The notes under the pieces: generated by a model
What the model was told of the DNA's origin: nothing
The model's database searches: none
The model's input: the letters and a program-made list of their open reading frames with translations, nothing else
Translations under genes and position numbers: made by a program
Assembly (NCBI GenBank): GCA_965261735.1
Contig: OZ253470.1
Location: forward strand, 1,408,001-1,472,000
Direction: 5' to 3'
DNA: 64,000 nucleotides
Source: Alphaproteobacteria bacterium
Lineage (GTDB): Bacteria; Pseudomonadota; Alphaproteobacteria; SHVV01
Shown here: positions 51,578-62,682 of the stretch, piece after piece
How the letters are laid out: every line of letters begins with the position of its first letter
How positions within the stretch are numbered: the stretch's first letter is position 1

Positions 51578-51970
51578 ATGTATCAGGAAACGACCAATTC
51601 CGTCCAAGTGACGGTCAAGACGTATTACCTGGACGATCAGTCCTCGCCCGGCGAGGATCACTATGTCTGGGCCTACTGGATCCGGATCGAGAATCAGGGC
51701 GCCGACACCCTGCAGCTGCGCCACCGCTATTGGCGCATCACCGATTCGCAGGGCCACGTGCAGGAAGTCAGAGGCGCCGGGGTCGTCGGCGAGCAGCCCG
51801 TCCTCAAGCCGGGCGAGGCGTTTGAATACACGAGCGGCACGCCCCTGTCGACGCCGTCCGGAATCATGGTCGGCTCCTATCAGATGCAGCGCCCGAACGG
51901 CGAGAAGTTCGAGGTCGCCGTCCCCGCCTTCTCGCTCGACAGCCCGCACGAGGCGGCACGCCACAACTGA
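51578..51970 (+). CDS. apaG: ApaG protein
   Basis: [22 protein letters not shown]. Confidence 0.95.
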   Translation: MYQETTNSVQVTVKTYYLDDQSSPGEDHYVWAYWIRIENQGADTLQLRHRYWRITDSQGHVQEVRGAGVVGEQPVLKPGEAFEYTSGTPLSTPSGIMVGSYQMQRPNGEKFEVAVPAFSLDSPHEAARHN

Positions 51971-52050
51971 GTCCGCGGGGGGCGAGCCTTTCGCACGGCT
52001 TGGGGCGCACCGCGTCGCCGCGCGTCAGATCTAAGTTGAAGGAGGGTCAC

Positions 52051-52692
52051 GTGGGTACAGGTACGGTCAAGAAACTCGCCGACGATGCGCCCCGCGCGAG
52101 GGCCGAGCGGCCGACGCGCGAGGAGGCCCGCGAGGCGGTGCGCACGCTGTTGCGCTGGGCCGGCGACGATCCCGCGCGCGAGGGGCTCAAGGACACGCCC
52201 GAGCGCGTGGTCGGCGCCTATGAGGAGTACTTCACCGGCTACAACGAGGATCCCGTCGAGATTCTCGCGCGCACCTTCGAGGAGACCAGCGGTTACGATG
52301 AGATGATCGTCCTGCGCGACATCCGCCTCGAATCCTTCTGCGAGCACCACATCGCGCCGATCATCGGCCGCACCCACGTCGCCTATCTGCCCAACCAGCG
52401 CATCGTCGGCATCAGCAAGCTCGCTCGCCTGGTCGAGGTCTTCGGCCGGCGCCTGCAGGTGCAGGAGAAGTTCACCGCCCAGGTTGCGGGCACGGTCGAT
52501 CAGGTCCTGCAGCCGCGCGGCGTCGCCGTCGTCGTCGAGGCGACGCACCACTGCATGACCACGCGTGGCGTCCACAAGTCGGGCACGACGCTGGTGACGA
52601 GCCACATGCTCGGCGCCTTCCGCACCGACCCCAAGACGCGGCGCGAGTTCCTCTCGATCATCGGCAACCCTTCGAGCAGCATGATGGCGTAG
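52051..52692 (+). CDS. folE: GTP cyclohydrolase I
   Basis: [28 protein letters not shown]; AAGGAGG RBS. Confidence 0.96.
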   Translation: MGTGTVKKLADDAPRARAERPTREEAREAVRTLLRWAGDDPAREGLKDTPERVVGAYEEYFTGYNEDPVEILARTFEETSGYDEMIVLRDIRLESFCEHHIAPIIGRTHVAYLPNQRIVGISKLARLVEVFGRRLQVQEKFTAQVAGTVDQVLQPRGVAVVVEATHHCMTTRGVHKSGTTLVTSHMLGAFRTDPKTRREFLSIIGNPSSSMMA

Positions 52693-52797
52693 CCCACCCG
52701 GGCACACCCGATGGCTTGCCAGAGCGCTTAGCCCGCCGCCGCTCATGAGCGTCGTAGAGACCAGCGATCGAACCAGCCCGGGGGAGACCGGCGGCTC

Positions 52798-54246
52798 GTG
52801 ATCGACCTTCGCCCGGTCCTGTTCGTCATCGGCATCCTGCTCGTCACGCTGGCCGTGGCGATGCTGTTGCCCGCGCTGTTCGATGCCGCCGCCGCCAACC
52901 CCGACTGGCGCGGCTTCGTTGGTGCGGCGGCCATCGGCCTGTTTATCGGCGGCTCCCTGATCCTGTCCAACCGCGTCGAGTCGCGCGATTTCACGGTGCG
53001 CGAGGCGTTCCTTTTTACCGGTCTCGCCTGGGTCGTGATGGCCGCTTTCTCGGCGCTGCCCTTTGCCTTCTCGAACCTCGGCCTGAGCTACACGGACGCC
53101 TTCTTCGAATCGATGTCGGGCATCACCACGACCGGATCGACCGTGATCGCGGGGCTCGATACGGCGCCGCCCGGCATCCTGCTGTGGCGTGCCCTGCTAC
53201 AGTGGCTCGGCGGCATCGGCATCATCGTGATGGCGGTGGCGATCTTCCCGCGCCTGCAGGTCGCCGGCATGCAGCTGTTCCAGGCCGAAACGTCGGACCC
53301 GTCGGAGAAGGTGCTGCCGCGCACGGCCCAGCTCGCGGTCGCGATCGGGCTCGTCTACCTCGCCCTCTCGCTGTTGTGCGCGGGCGCGCTGTGGGGTGCG
53401 GGCATGACCCCGTTCGAGGCGGTGGTTCACGCCATGACCACCATCGCCACGGGCGGGTTCTCGACATCTGACGCCTCGATCGGGCATTTCGGTAGCGCCG
53501 CGGTCGATGGCATCGTTACACTCTTCATGATCGTCGGCAGCCTTCCCTTCGTGCTCCTCGTCGGGGCCACCCGCCGAAACGCGGCCGCGCTGTGGCGCGA
53601 CAGCCAGGTCCGGTTCTTCCTCACCGTCCTCGCCGGCCTGGTCGCGGCGATAGCGTTGTGGCTCGCGGCCACCGGCCAGTTCGGCCCGGCCGAGGCGGTG
53701 CGCTATGCGGCCTTCAACGTGGTCTCCATCGTCACCGGCACCGGATACGCGACCGCGGATTACGGCCTGTGGGGGAGCTTCCCCGTGATCTGCTTCCTGT
53801 TTTTCATGTTCGTCGGCGGCTGCGCCGGCTCGACCAGCTGCGGCATCAAGATCTTCCGCTACCAGGTGCTGTTCGCGACCGCCGGCGTGCAGCTGAGGAG
53901 CCTGTGGCACCCGCACGGCGTGTTCGTCGCCCACTACAACCGCAAACCCATCCCCGACTCGGTATCTGACGCGGTCGTCTCCTTTTTCTTTCTGTTCGCC
54001 TTTTCCTACGCGCTGCTCGCGCTCGCGCTGACCGCGCTCGGCCTCGATTTCATGACCAGCGTCTCGGCGGCGGCCACGGCCATCACCAATGTCGGCCCGG
54101 CGCTCGGCGACATCGTCGGCCCGTCCGGCAACTTCGCGCCATTGCCCGACGCGGCGAAATGGCTGCTCGCCGCCGGCATGCTGCTCGGGCGGCTCGAGAT
54201 CATCACCATCCTGGTGCTGTTCACGCGACGCTTCTGGCAGGGTTAG
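52798..54246 (+). CDS. trkH: TrkH potassium uptake membrane protein
   Basis: FESMSGITTTGST, QWLGGIG, ATGGFS, GGCAGST, LLGRLE. Confidence 0.95.
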   Translation: MIDLRPVLFVIGILLVTLAVAMLLPALFDAAAANPDWRGFVGAAAIGLFIGGSLILSNRVESRDFTVREAFLFTGLAWVVMAAFSALPFAFSNLGLSYTDAFFESMSGITTTGSTVIAGLDTAPPGILLWRALLQWLGGIGIIVMAVAIFPRLQVAGMQLFQAETSDPSEKVLPRTAQLAVAIGLVYLALSLLCAGALWGAGMTPFEAVVHAMTTIATGGFSTSDASIGHFGSAAVDGIVTLFMIVGSLPFVLLVGATRRNAAALWRDSQVRFFLTVLAGLVAAIALWLAATGQFGPAEAVRYAAFNVVSIVTGTGYATADYGLWGSFPVICFLFFMFVGGCAGSTSCGIKIFRYQVLFATAGVQLRSLWHPHGVFVAHYNRKPIPDSVSDAVVSFFFLFAFSYALLALALTALGLDFMTSVSAAATAITNVGPALGDIVGPSGNFAPLPDAAKWLLAAGMLLGRLEIITILVLFTRRFWQG

Positions 54247-54282
54247 CCACTTGGGTGCACGGGAAAGTGACTCATTGTTCAT

Positions 54283-54374
54283 CCCCCTCCCGCCGGGAGA
54301 GGGAGAATAATGGCTCTATGTCAAATTCTTACCCCTCCCCCTTGATGGGGGAGGGTGGGGAGGGGGTGACGCGC
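54283..54374. repeat. Palindromic intergenic repeat with an IHF-like site, copy 2
   Basis: Arms CCCTCCCGCCGGGAGAGGG and CCCTCCCCCTTGATGGGGGAGGG..GGAGGGGGTGACGCG around TGTCAAATTCTTA (54319-54331, one mismatch to the IHF consensus). Confidence 0.7.
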
Positions 54375-54458
54375 GGTCTTACGCAAGCAAGGACTAAGCC
54401 CGCGCGCACCACCACCATCAAGGTTGATCGCCGCCCCAAGATTGGCGACCCTGCGCGC

Positions 54459-55622
54459 ATGGCCGGGCCCACCTACTCTCCCGTCGAGATGATCGAGCGG
54501 CTGGTGTCCTTCGATACCACCAGCCGCAACCCCAACCTGGAGCTCATCGACTTCGTCGCTGACTACCTCGCCAAGCACGGCGTCGACTCCGAGATCATCC
54601 GCGACGAAACCGGCACTAAAGCCAACCTCTACGCGACCCTCGGCGGGCCGGGCGAGGGCGGGGTCGTGCTCTCCGGCCATACCGACGTCGTCCCGGTGGA
54701 CGGCCAGTCCTGGGCGAGCGAGCCATTCGTCGTCAGCGAGCGCGACGGACGCCTCTTCGGCCGCGGCACCGCCGACATGAAGAGCTTCCTCGCCACCGCG
54801 CTGGCGCTGGTGCCCGAGTTTCTCGCCCGCGAGCTGACGCGCCCGATCCACCTCGCGCTTTCCTACGACGAGGAGGTCGGCTGCCTCGGCGTGCATGGCA
54901 TTGTCCGCCACCTCGATTCGAGCCTGCCGCGCCCGGCCATCGTTATTATCGGCGAGCCGACCGAGATGAGGGTGGTCAACGCGCACAAGGGCATCCGCGC
55001 CTACCGCACCGTGGTCACCGGCGTCGAGGCCCACTCGAGCGCCACCCACGTCGGCGTCAACGCGGTCATGTTTGCTGCCGAGTTGATCGGCTTCCTGGGC
55101 CGGTTGGCCGAGGAGATGAAGGCCCGGGCCGGCCCGGAGAGCCGCTTCGAACCGCCCTATGGAACGGTGCATGTGGGCACGGTCGCCGGCGGCACGGCGC
55201 TGAACATCATCCCGCGACAGTGCAGCTTCATGTGGGAATACCGGGCGCTGCCGGGCGCCGACGAGGACGAGCCGCTGGCGCGTTTCGAGGCACACGTGCG
55301 CGATGAGGTGTTGCCACGCATGCGTGCGGTCTCGGCCCTCGCCGACGTCGTCACCGAGGCCCACGCGCGGGTGCCACCGCTGCGGCCGATGGACGCATCG
55401 CCAGCGGAGGCGTTGGTCATGGCCCTGGCCCCGAGCAACCAGACCTTTGCGGTTTCCTACGGCACCGAGGGCGGCATCTTTCAGGAGGCCGGCATCCCGA
55501 CCGTGATCTGCGGCCCTGGCAATATCGCGCAGGCCCACAAGCCCGACGAGTTCATCACCCGCGAACAGGTCGAGGCGTGCGCCGCGTTCCTGCGCCGGCT
55601 CTTGGACCATGTCTCGCGTTGA
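54459..55622 (+). CDS. argE: Acetylornithine deacetylase (M20 family)
   Basis: SGHTDVVP, GRGTADMK, DEEVG, GEPT, AHKPDE. Confidence 0.92.
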   Translation: MAGPTYSPVEMIERLVSFDTTSRNPNLELIDFVADYLAKHGVDSEIIRDETGTKANLYATLGGPGEGGVVLSGHTDVVPVDGQSWASEPFVVSERDGRLFGRGTADMKSFLATALALVPEFLARELTRPIHLALSYDEEVGCLGVHGIVRHLDSSLPRPAIVIIGEPTEMRVVNAHKGIRAYRTVVTGVEAHSSATHVGVNAVMFAAELIGFLGRLAEEMKARAGPESRFEPPYGTVHVGTVAGGTALNIIPRQCSFMWEYRALPGADEDEPLARFEAHVRDEVLPRMRAVSALADVVTEAHARVPPLRPMDASPAEALVMALAPSNQTFAVSYGTEGGIFQEAGIPTVICGPGNIAQAHKPDEFITREQVEACAAFLRRLLDHVSR

Positions 55623-56088
55623 GCGCGCGCCGCGCCCCGGCGCGGTCTTCACCATCGGCTACGAGGGCGCCGCCGTGCCCGCCTTTCTCGCCACGCTCGG
55701 CGAGGCCAGCGTGAGCACGCTCATCGATGTGCGCGCGCTCGCCTGGTCGCGGCGCCGGGACTTTTCGCGCTCGGCGCTCGCCGCCTCCCTCACGGAGGCC
55801 GGGATCGCCTACCACCATCTCCCGGCGCTCGGCAACCCTAAGCCCGGCCGCGATGCAGCCCGCGCCGGCGACCACGCGGGTTTCCTGCGCGTCTTCTCCG
55901 CCCAGCTCGACGGCGAAGCAGGCCGCGCCGGTCTCGCGCAGGCCACCGCGATCGCGGCTCGCGAGCCGACCTGCCTGCTTTGCCTCGAGCGCGACCCCGG
56001 GCGCTGCCACCGAACCATCGTCGCCCGCGAAATCGCTGCCGCGGCGGCGCTCGAGGTGCACCCCCTTGTGGTACCGCCGCCCGCCTGA
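55609..56088 (+). CDS. DUF488-family protein
   Basis: FTIGYEG, LIDVR, LLCLERDP.RCHR. Confidence 0.88.
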   Translation: MSRVERAPRPGAVFTIGYEGAAVPAFLATLGEASVSTLIDVRALAWSRRRDFSRSALAASLTEAGIAYHHLPALGNPKPGRDAARAGDHAGFLRVFSAQLDGEAGRAGLAQATAIAAREPTCLLCLERDPGRCHRTIVAREIAAAAALEVHPLVVPPPA

Positions 56089-56097
56089 GACACGCCG

Positions 56098-56916
56098 ATG
56101 CGGCGCCTGCCTGTCCTCGAAATCATCATTGCGGCCAACGTCTTCGTGTGGCGCGAACGGCGCGATTTTTTCTCGCTCGCCTTCCCGGCCATCGCGGTGC
56201 TCGCTTTCTGGGTCACGCTCGGCGGGTGGTTCGCCGGGGGCACCGACGCCGAGGCGCTCGCGCGAGCGCCGGCGGGCGCCGTGGCGGCGGCCCTGTTCGT
56301 TGCGATCGCCTTTTTCTGGGTCGTGTTTGCGGTCGCCTGGCATCGACGATACCTGCTGCCGGCCGAGTCGACGACGGTGCGCGAGGCGTTGCGCTGGGGG
56401 CGACGACAGACGCGGTTTCTCCTTCGCGCCATCGCCGTCTACGCGCTGCTCCTGCTTGCCTGGTTGGCGCTGGTCCTGGTCGGGTCGGTCGGCGGTGCCG
56501 CGGCGGGCGCCGCGGGCGCGGGCGCGGTGCTGCCGTTGATCGTCGTGTCGCTGGTGGCGGGCCTGTATGGATTCGCCCGGCTGGCGCTACTGTTCCCCGC
56601 CACGGCGCTGGACGAGCTACTCACATTCGTCGACTGCTGGGCATTGACCCGGGGCAACGGCTGGCGGCTCGTCGCCATTATCCTCCTGGTCGCGGTTCCG
56701 GTGACGCTCGTCGGCGCCGTGATCGGTTATCTCGTCATGGCCGTGGCTTCGGCCGCGGCCGGGCCGGGAAACCTGACGGTGAGTTTCGTCCGGGCCCTCG
56801 TCGACCAGACTTTGGGCTTCATCGGCATCGCCGTCGGCGTGTCGGCCCTCTCGATCGCTTACGAGAAGCTCAGGTTCCGGGCCCGTCCCGGTGGCCCCGC
56901 CGTGGATGATGGCTAG
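56098..56916 (+). CDS. Hypothetical multi-pass membrane protein
   Basis: About six TM segments; VAWHR, LTRGNGWRL. Confidence 0.8.
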   Translation: MRRLPVLEIIIAANVFVWRERRDFFSLAFPAIAVLAFWVTLGGWFAGGTDAEALARAPAGAVAAALFVAIAFFWVVFAVAWHRRYLLPAESTTVREALRWGRRQTRFLLRAIAVYALLLLAWLALVLVGSVGGAAAGAAGAGAVLPLIVVSLVAGLYGFARLALLFPATALDELLTFVDCWALTRGNGWRLVAIILLVAVPVTLVGAVIGYLVMAVASAAAGPGNLTVSFVRALVDQTLGFIGIAVGVSALSIAYEKLRFRARPGGPAVDDG

Positions 56917-57509
56917 AGCAGGTAGGGCGCCAAGTGCTGGCGAATGTTCTTTTCGAGCTCCACATCGAGGCTCCGCATCAGGGCCTCGGTGATCTCATAG
57001 TAGATCCGCAAGCGGTCGTTGACCGTGATGTCTTCGGGGACGGTGCGGCTGTAAGTCGCCCGCGCGGTGGCAAAGGCATTGCGGAAGCCGCGCGCCGAGC
57101 GCACCTGGACCGTCACCTCGAGCACGCCGTCGAATCGGTATTCCTGATCGATGTAGAACGCGCCGACGACGCCGCGCCGTTTTTCGAGTGTGGTCGCGCG
57201 CACGCCCGCCTCGGTGATAATCACGCGCGCCTTGCCCTCGGCGCCGCCTGCGGCGATCCGGTCCGAGCCCCAGCGCGCGGCGGCGCCCGCTGGCGTCACC
57301 GGGAACTCGTGTTCGACGTGGGGGCTCACCAGCGGCGGCACATAGTCGTCGATGACTTCGACCGAGCCGACGTCGAGCCGCAGCGTACCGAGATGGGTGT
57401 AGCTGAGCTCCGGAAATACCGGCGCCGGCGCCGGCACCTGGCATGCCGCGACGAGCAACGCCGCGGCCATGGCGAGGGCGCGCAGCGCGTACCCGTGGGC
57501 GGTCCTCAT
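56913..57509 (-). CDS. Hypothetical lipoprotein
   Basis: Lipobox LVAAC; translationally coupled to hslO. Confidence 0.8.
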   Translation of the reverse strand: MRTAHGYALRALAMAAALLVAACQVPAPAPVFPELSYTHLGTLRLDVGSVEVIDDYVPPLVSPHVEHEFPVTPAGAAARWGSDRIAAGGAEGKARVIITEAGVRATTLEKRRGVVGAFYIDQEYRFDGVLEVTVQVRSARGFRNAFATARATYSRTVPEDITVNDRLRIYYEITEALMRSLDVELEKNIRQHLAPYLL

Positions 57510-58459
57510 GTGGCCTCCTTTCCGGGTTGGGCGGCAGCGGCCACCTCCTCCGGCGCAAAGACGTAAGTCCGATTGCAGAATTGACAGGTGACGACGATAC
57601 GCCCCTCCTCGACCATGGCTTCGACCTCGCGGCGCGGAAACATCGACAGCACCTCGCGCACGCGCCCCTGGCTGCACCGGCAGCCCGCCTTCAGCGGGAG
57701 GGCGCGAAACACGCGCGGGCCGTGTCGCTGGAACAGGCGGTAGAGCAGCCGATCAGGGGTGATGCCGGGATCGACCAGCTCGTCCGGGCGCACCGTCCCG
57801 AGCAGAGCCAGCGCGGCATGCCAGTCGTCGTCCTCGGGCAGGTCCGAGGCGTCGGCCCCGCCCGCGGGAGGCATGCGCTGGATCATGATGCCGCCGGTAC
57901 GCCAGGTTTCGCCCGCGCCCTCCGCTGCGACTCGTCCGACCGCCAGGTGGATGCCCGTGTTGAGCTGCTCGGACTGACTGAAATAGGTGTTGGCGCAGCC
58001 GGCGAGGGTCGTGCCCTCGATGGCGACGATGCCCTGGTAGGTCTCGGTGTCGGGGCCCTGGTCGACCGTGATCGCCAGGTGGCCGGCGCCGAGGACGGCG
58101 GCGACCGAAGGGGCGCGCCCGACAACGCCGCTGACTTCGCCGAGCGCGTCAGGATCGAAGCGCGCGTAACCGCGCAGGGACCCCGGCACCTCGAAATCGG
58201 CCACCATCATGCTGACCGGCCCGTCGCTCTTGGTCTGCAGACTGAGCACACCGTCGAACTTCAGCGCCCCGGCAAGCACGCTCGCTAGCGTAAGCAACTC
58301 GCCCAGCATGACCGACACCGGAGCCGGGTAGTGGTGGCGCTCGAGCACCTCGTCGACCGCCGCCCCGAGGCGCACGAGACGGCCGCGCACCCCCAGTCCA
58401 TCGACCTGAAAGGGTTGCAGCAGATCGTCCGCGAGCTGAGGTGCGACCTGGGTCAGCAT
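57506..58459 (-). CDS. hslO: Redox-regulated chaperone Hsp33
   Basis: [25 protein letters not shown]...CQFC. Confidence 0.95.
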   Translation of the reverse strand: MLTQVAPQLADDLLQPFQVDGLGVRGRLVRLGAAVDEVLERHHYPAPVSVMLGELLTLASVLAGALKFDGVLSLQTKSDGPVSMMVADFEVPGSLRGYARFDPDALGEVSGVVGRAPSVAAVLGAGHLAITVDQGPDTETYQGIVAIEGTTLAGCANTYFSQSEQLNTGIHLAVGRVAAEGAGETWRTGGIMIQRMPPAGGADASDLPEDDDWHAALALLGTVRPDELVDPGITPDRLLYRLFQRHGPRVFRALPLKAGCRCSQGRVREVLSMFPRREVEAMVEEGRIVVTCQFCNRTYVFAPEEVAAAAQPGKEAT

Positions 58460-59358
58460 ACGGCCAGGCACCAGGCGAGAATGCCTCGTTGCGCGTGAAG
58501 CCGGTTTTCGGCCTCGTCCCACACGACCGAGCGCGGCCCGTCGATCACATCGGCGGTGACCTCCTGGCCGCGGTGCGCCGGTAGGCAGTGCATGAAGATG
58601 GCGTCGGGCGCGGCGAGTCCCATGAGGCGCTCGTCGACCTGATAGGGCCGGAGCAGATTGTGGCGGCTCTCGCTCGGCTCGTCGCGCATCGACACCCAGG
58701 TGTCGGTAACGACGCAATCGGCGCCGGCCACGGCCGCCTCGGGCTCCTCGGTCACGACCACGCGCCCGCCCTCGGCCTCGGCCCACGCCAGTACGTCGGG
58801 GGGCGGACGCCGGGCCTCCGGGCAAGCCACACGCAGCTCGAAGTCGAAGCGCACCGCGGCGTGGATCCAGGACACCGCGACATTGTTGCCGTCGCCCGAC
58901 CAGGCGACGACGCGTCCCGCGATGGGGCCGCGGTGGCGCTCGAATGTCATCACATCGGCCATGAGCTGGCACGGGTGGGTGGCGTCCGTCAGGCCGTTGA
59001 TGACCGGCACCTCGGCGCTGGCAGCAAGCTCCAGCAGCATAGCGTGGCGGGGAGCGCGAATGACGATGCCGTCGACGTAGCGTGACAGGGCGCGCGCCGT
59101 GTCGGCGACGCTTTCGCCGCGGCCGACCTGCATGTCGTGGCCGTGCAGCACGATGGTGCTGCCGCCGAGCTTGCGCATGGCCACGTCGAAGGAGACGCGC
59201 GTGCGAGTCGAGGGCTCCTCGAAGATCATCGCCAGCACCTTGCCCTCGAGCAGGCGCCGCGCGCCGTCCTCGCGGAGGTCGGCAGCGAGGTCGAGGATGC
59301 TCCGCAGCGTCCCCGAGTCGAGCGCATCGAGGTCGAGGAAATGGCGCGGCGCGCTCAT
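58453..59358 (-). CDS. argF: Ornithine carbamoyltransferase
   Basis: [33 protein letters not shown]. Confidence 0.96.
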   Translation of the reverse strand: MSAPRHFLDLDALDSGTLRSILDLAADLREDGARRLLEGKVLAMIFEEPSTRTRVSFDVAMRKLGGSTIVLHGHDMQVGRGESVADTARALSRYVDGIVIRAPRHAMLLELAASAEVPVINGLTDATHPCQLMADVMTFERHRGPIAGRVVAWSGDGNNVAVSWIHAAVRFDFELRVACPEARRPPPDVLAWAEAEGGRVVVTEEPEAAVAGADCVVTDTWVSMRDEPSESRHNLLRPYQVDERLMGLAAPDAIFMHCLPAHRGQEVTADVIDGPRSVVWDEAENRLHAQRGILAWCLAVC

Positions 59359-60527
59359 GAGGCGAGCTCGGCGCAGGCCGCGTTGAGCCGCGCGAGCGCC
59401 GCGTCGACATGGCTTTCGTCGATGATCAGCGGCGGCAGTAGTCGGACCACGTTGTCGGCCGCGGCGACGCTCAGCATGCCGTGGCGGTACAGGGCCTCGA
59501 CGAGATCGGTATTGGGGCACAAGCACTTCAGCCCCATCAGCAGGCCGACGCCGCGCACGTCCTCAATGACGCCCTGGTAGCGCCGCACGAGCTCCGCGAG
59601 GCGTGCCTCGAGCACGACGGCGATGCGCTCCACGTGCGCGAGGAATCCATCGGCCAGCATCACGTCGAGCACGGCGTTGGCGGCGGCTGCGGCGAGCGGG
59701 TTGCCGCCGAAGGTCGAGCCGTGGGTGCCGGCGGTCATGCCGACGGCGGCGGCTTGAGTGGCGAGGCAGGCGCCGATCGGGAAGCCGCCACCGAGCGCCT
59801 TGGCCACCGCCATGACATCGGGCGTCACACCCTCGCGCTCGTACGCGAACAGGCGGCCCGAACGGCCGATGCCGGTCTGTACCTCGTCGAGGAAGAGGAG
59901 CAACCCGTGGGCATCGGCGAGGCCGCGCAGCTCGGTGAGGAAGCCCGGCGGCGGCACCCGGATGCCGCCCTCGCCCTGCACAGGCTCGACGAGAATAGCC
60001 GCGGTCTCGCCGCCGATCGCCCGAGCGACCGCGCTCGCATCGCCCCATGGCACCTGATCGAAGCCGTCCACCAGCGGCGCGAAACCGGCGACGTGCTTCT
60101 CCTGGCGCCCGGCGCTGATCGTCGCCAGCGAGCGCCCGTGGAAGGCGCCCTCGAAGGTGATCACGCGGTAGCGCTCGGCATGGCCGGTCTCGTCGTGGTA
60201 CTTGCGCACCAGCTTGAGGCCGCACTCCACCGCCTCAACGCCCGAATTGGTGAAAAAGACGGTGTCGGCGAAGCTGTGGGCGACGAGCCTGTCTGCCAGC
60301 CGCTCCTGACCGGCGATGCGGAACAGGTTAGAGGTGTGCCACAGCTTGCCGGCCTGCTCGCGCACCGCCGCGACGAGCTCGGGGTGGGCGTGGCCGAGGC
60401 CGGTCACCGCGATGCCCGAGGCGAAGTCGAGGAACTCACGCCCGTCGGCGGTATAGAGGAAGGCGCCCTCGCCGCGCTCGAACGCCAAGTCGGCGCGGCC
60501 GTAGGTCGGCATGACGGCAGTGATCAC
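59355..60527 (-). CDS. argD: Acetylornithine aminotransferase
   Basis: [35 protein letters not shown]; directly upstream of argF. Confidence 0.94.
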   Translation of the reverse strand: MITAVMPTYGRADLAFERGEGAFLYTADGREFLDFASGIAVTGLGHAHPELVAAVREQAGKLWHTSNLFRIAGQERLADRLVAHSFADTVFFTNSGVEAVECGLKLVRKYHDETGHAERYRVITFEGAFHGRSLATISAGRQEKHVAGFAPLVDGFDQVPWGDASAVARAIGGETAAILVEPVQGEGGIRVPPPGFLTELRGLADAHGLLLFLDEVQTGIGRSGRLFAYEREGVTPDVMAVAKALGGGFPIGACLATQAAAVGMTAGTHGSTFGGNPLAAAAANAVLDVMLADGFLAHVERIAVVLEARLAELVRRYQGVIEDVRGVGLLMGLKCLCPNTDLVEALYRHGMLSVAAADNVVRLLPPLIIDESHVDAALARLNAACAELAS

Positions 60528-60635
60528 GAATGCTCTCCCGATCACGAAACCGCAGGGTGTGCGCGCGGCCCGGTTTTGCTGGGAAAGCGAACGAGTATGG
60601 TCACCGAGCCGAGCTCTGTCAACGCGCCGGCAGCC

Positions 60636-61445
60636 TCATGCCTTGAGTTTCCAGCCGCGCGTGAACAGGACGTAGCAGGTGACCCACAGCACCACGTCGA
60701 TGGCGCCGAGCACGATGGCGCCCGTCAGGATCGAGCCGTCCGACTGGCCGATGAAGCCGTAGCGGAACCCGTCGATCATGTAGAAGAACGGATCGATCCG
60801 GCTCAGGCTGAGCCAGGGATCGGGCAGGCGCTCGACCGAGTAGAAGGTGCCCGAGAGAAACGCCAACGGGGTGATGAAGAAGTTGGTGATGAAGGCGATG
60901 TTGTCGAACTTGTCGCCCCAGATGCCGACCAGGACGCCGGCCAGCGACAGCGCGAGCGCGGCGGCTGCGGCGAAAAAGATCACGGCGGCCACGCTGTGTA
61001 CCGAGAGCGGCACGAACAGCCATATCGCGGCCACGGTCACGACCGCCACCATCAGGCCGCGCGTCACGCCACCCATCGCGAAGGCGAAGGTGAGTTCGCC
61101 GGGGCTCAAGGGGGGCATCAGGATGTCGACGATGTTGCCCTGGATCTTCGAGACCACCAGCGTCGACGAGGCGTTGGCGAAGGCGTTCTGGATGATCGCC
61201 ATCATCGCCAACCCGGGCGCGAGAAACTGCAGGTAGGGCACGCCGCCGATGGTCTCGACCGCACGCCCGAGCGCCAGGGAGAACACAGCGAGAAACAGGA
61301 GCGCCGTGATCGCCGGCGCCAGCACCGTCTGGCCGCCTATTTTGAGGAAGCGCTGCACCTCGCGCATGTACAGCGTGCGCACGCCGATCCAGTTGACGGT
61401 GCCGATGGGCCGCGGCGCCGCCGTGCCGCCCGTGATGCCGGTCAT
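60636..61445 (-). CDS. ABC-2 type transporter permease (YadH-like)
   Basis: REVQRFLK, FLAPGL, PLAFLSGTFY, PFFYMIDGFRYG. Confidence 0.92.
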   Translation of the reverse strand: MTGITGGTAAPRPIGTVNWIGVRTLYMREVQRFLKIGGQTVLAPAITALLFLAVFSLALGRAVETIGGVPYLQFLAPGLAMMAIIQNAFANASSTLVVSKIQGNIVDILMPPLSPGELTFAFAMGGVTRGLMVAVVTVAAIWLFVPLSVHSVAAVIFFAAAAALALSLAGVLVGIWGDKFDNIAFITNFFITPLAFLSGTFYSVERLPDPWLSLSRIDPFFYMIDGFRYGFIGQSDGSILTGAIVLGAIDVVLWVTCYVLFTRGWKLKA

Positions 61446-62554
61446 TCTGCGCTCTCCGTTGAGGGGGCCGCCGAGCGGCGGTCCGACCTTCTACGTGGCG
61501 CGCTGCGCTGCTCGATGGCCCCGCCGTGGAGGAAGATCGTCCGCGTGGGGAAGGCGAACTCGACACCCTCGGCCTCGAAGCGCTGATAGAGCGCCAGGTT
61601 GATCGCCTGCTGAATGTCCATATAGACGTTGTAGTCGGGATCGGTGACGTAGTAGACGGTCTCGAAGTCGAGCGAGGAGTCGCCGTAGCTCTTGAAATGA
61701 GCGCGGTCGAAGCGGGTTTTCGGGTTGGCCTCGACGGCCTCGCGGATGATGCGCGGGATGCGCTCGAGCTGGTCGGGCGTGGTGCCGTAGACGACTCCGA
61801 GGGTGAACAGCACGCGGCGCTCGGCCATGCGCTTGTAGTTGCGGATGCGGGTGGAGAGCAGGTCGGAGTTCGAGCACACGATCTGCTCGCCGCTGAGGCT
61901 GCGCAGGCGCGTGGTCTTGAGGCCGATGCGCTCGACGGTGCCCATGTAGTCGTCGAAGATCACGAAGTCGCCGACTTCGAAGGGGCGGTCGATGACGATG
62001 GACAGCGAAGAGAACAGGTCGCTGAGGATGTTCTGTGCCGCCAGCGCGACCGCGATGCCGCTGATGCCGAGCCCGGCCACGAGCGCGGTCACGTTGATGC
62101 CGAGATTGTCGAGCATCAGTAGGACGGCAACGGCCCACACCGCAGTGCGGGCGATGATGTTGAGGACGTTGAGCGCCGAGGCCCCGGCCGGGTCCTTGCT
62201 CAAGGCATACGAAATGAGGTTCTTTACGACATGGCTGCCCCAGATCGCGCCTTGCACCGCCAGGGCGAGCACGATGACCAGCGAGGTGACGCGGCGCAGC
62301 GCCTCGGGGAGCACGAGGAAGTACGACCCGGCGAACAGTGCGGCGACGAGGATGATGGGAAGCCAGGTGCGCTCGAACAGGCCGAGCCCGACGGTGGCGA
62401 ACGCCGACTGCGCGCGGGCCGCCGAGCGTACGCGCCGGGCGATGGCGGCACGCATCGCGTAGAGGCCGACGAATACGACTACGGCCACGCCCAAGGCGAG
62501 CGCCCACACCACAACGTCGTTGCCGTAGAGGGACAGGTCTAGGGACATGCTCAT
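61442..62554 (-). CDS. MscS-family mechanosensitive channel
   Basis: AGLGISGIAVALAAQ, PFEVGDF, GTVERIGLKTT, FAFPTRT. Confidence 0.94.
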   Translation of the reverse strand: MSMSLDLSLYGNDVVVWALALGVAVVVFVGLYAMRAAIARRVRSAARAQSAFATVGLGLFERTWLPIILVAALFAGSYFLVLPEALRRVTSLVIVLALAVQGAIWGSHVVKNLISYALSKDPAGASALNVLNIIARTAVWAVAVLLMLDNLGINVTALVAGLGISGIAVALAAQNILSDLFSSLSIVIDRPFEVGDFVIFDDYMGTVERIGLKTTRLRSLSGEQIVCSNSDLLSTRIRNYKRMAERRVLFTLGVVYGTTPDQLERIPRIIREAVEANPKTRFDRAHFKSYGDSSLDFETVYYVTDPDYNVYMDIQQAINLALYQRFEAEGVEFAFPTRTIFLHGGAIEQRSAPRRRSDRRSAAPSTESAE

Positions 62555-62682
62555 AGCGCGACCCTCCCGTCTCGCTCGCCGCCGCCGGCCGCGGCGGAAT
62601 GTGGCATGGCGGCGTCGCGCTTGTCCATGGGCCTACAGCCCGTGGCCGGGCCGCCTCTTGCACGAATAGCGCAGGCGCGCCC

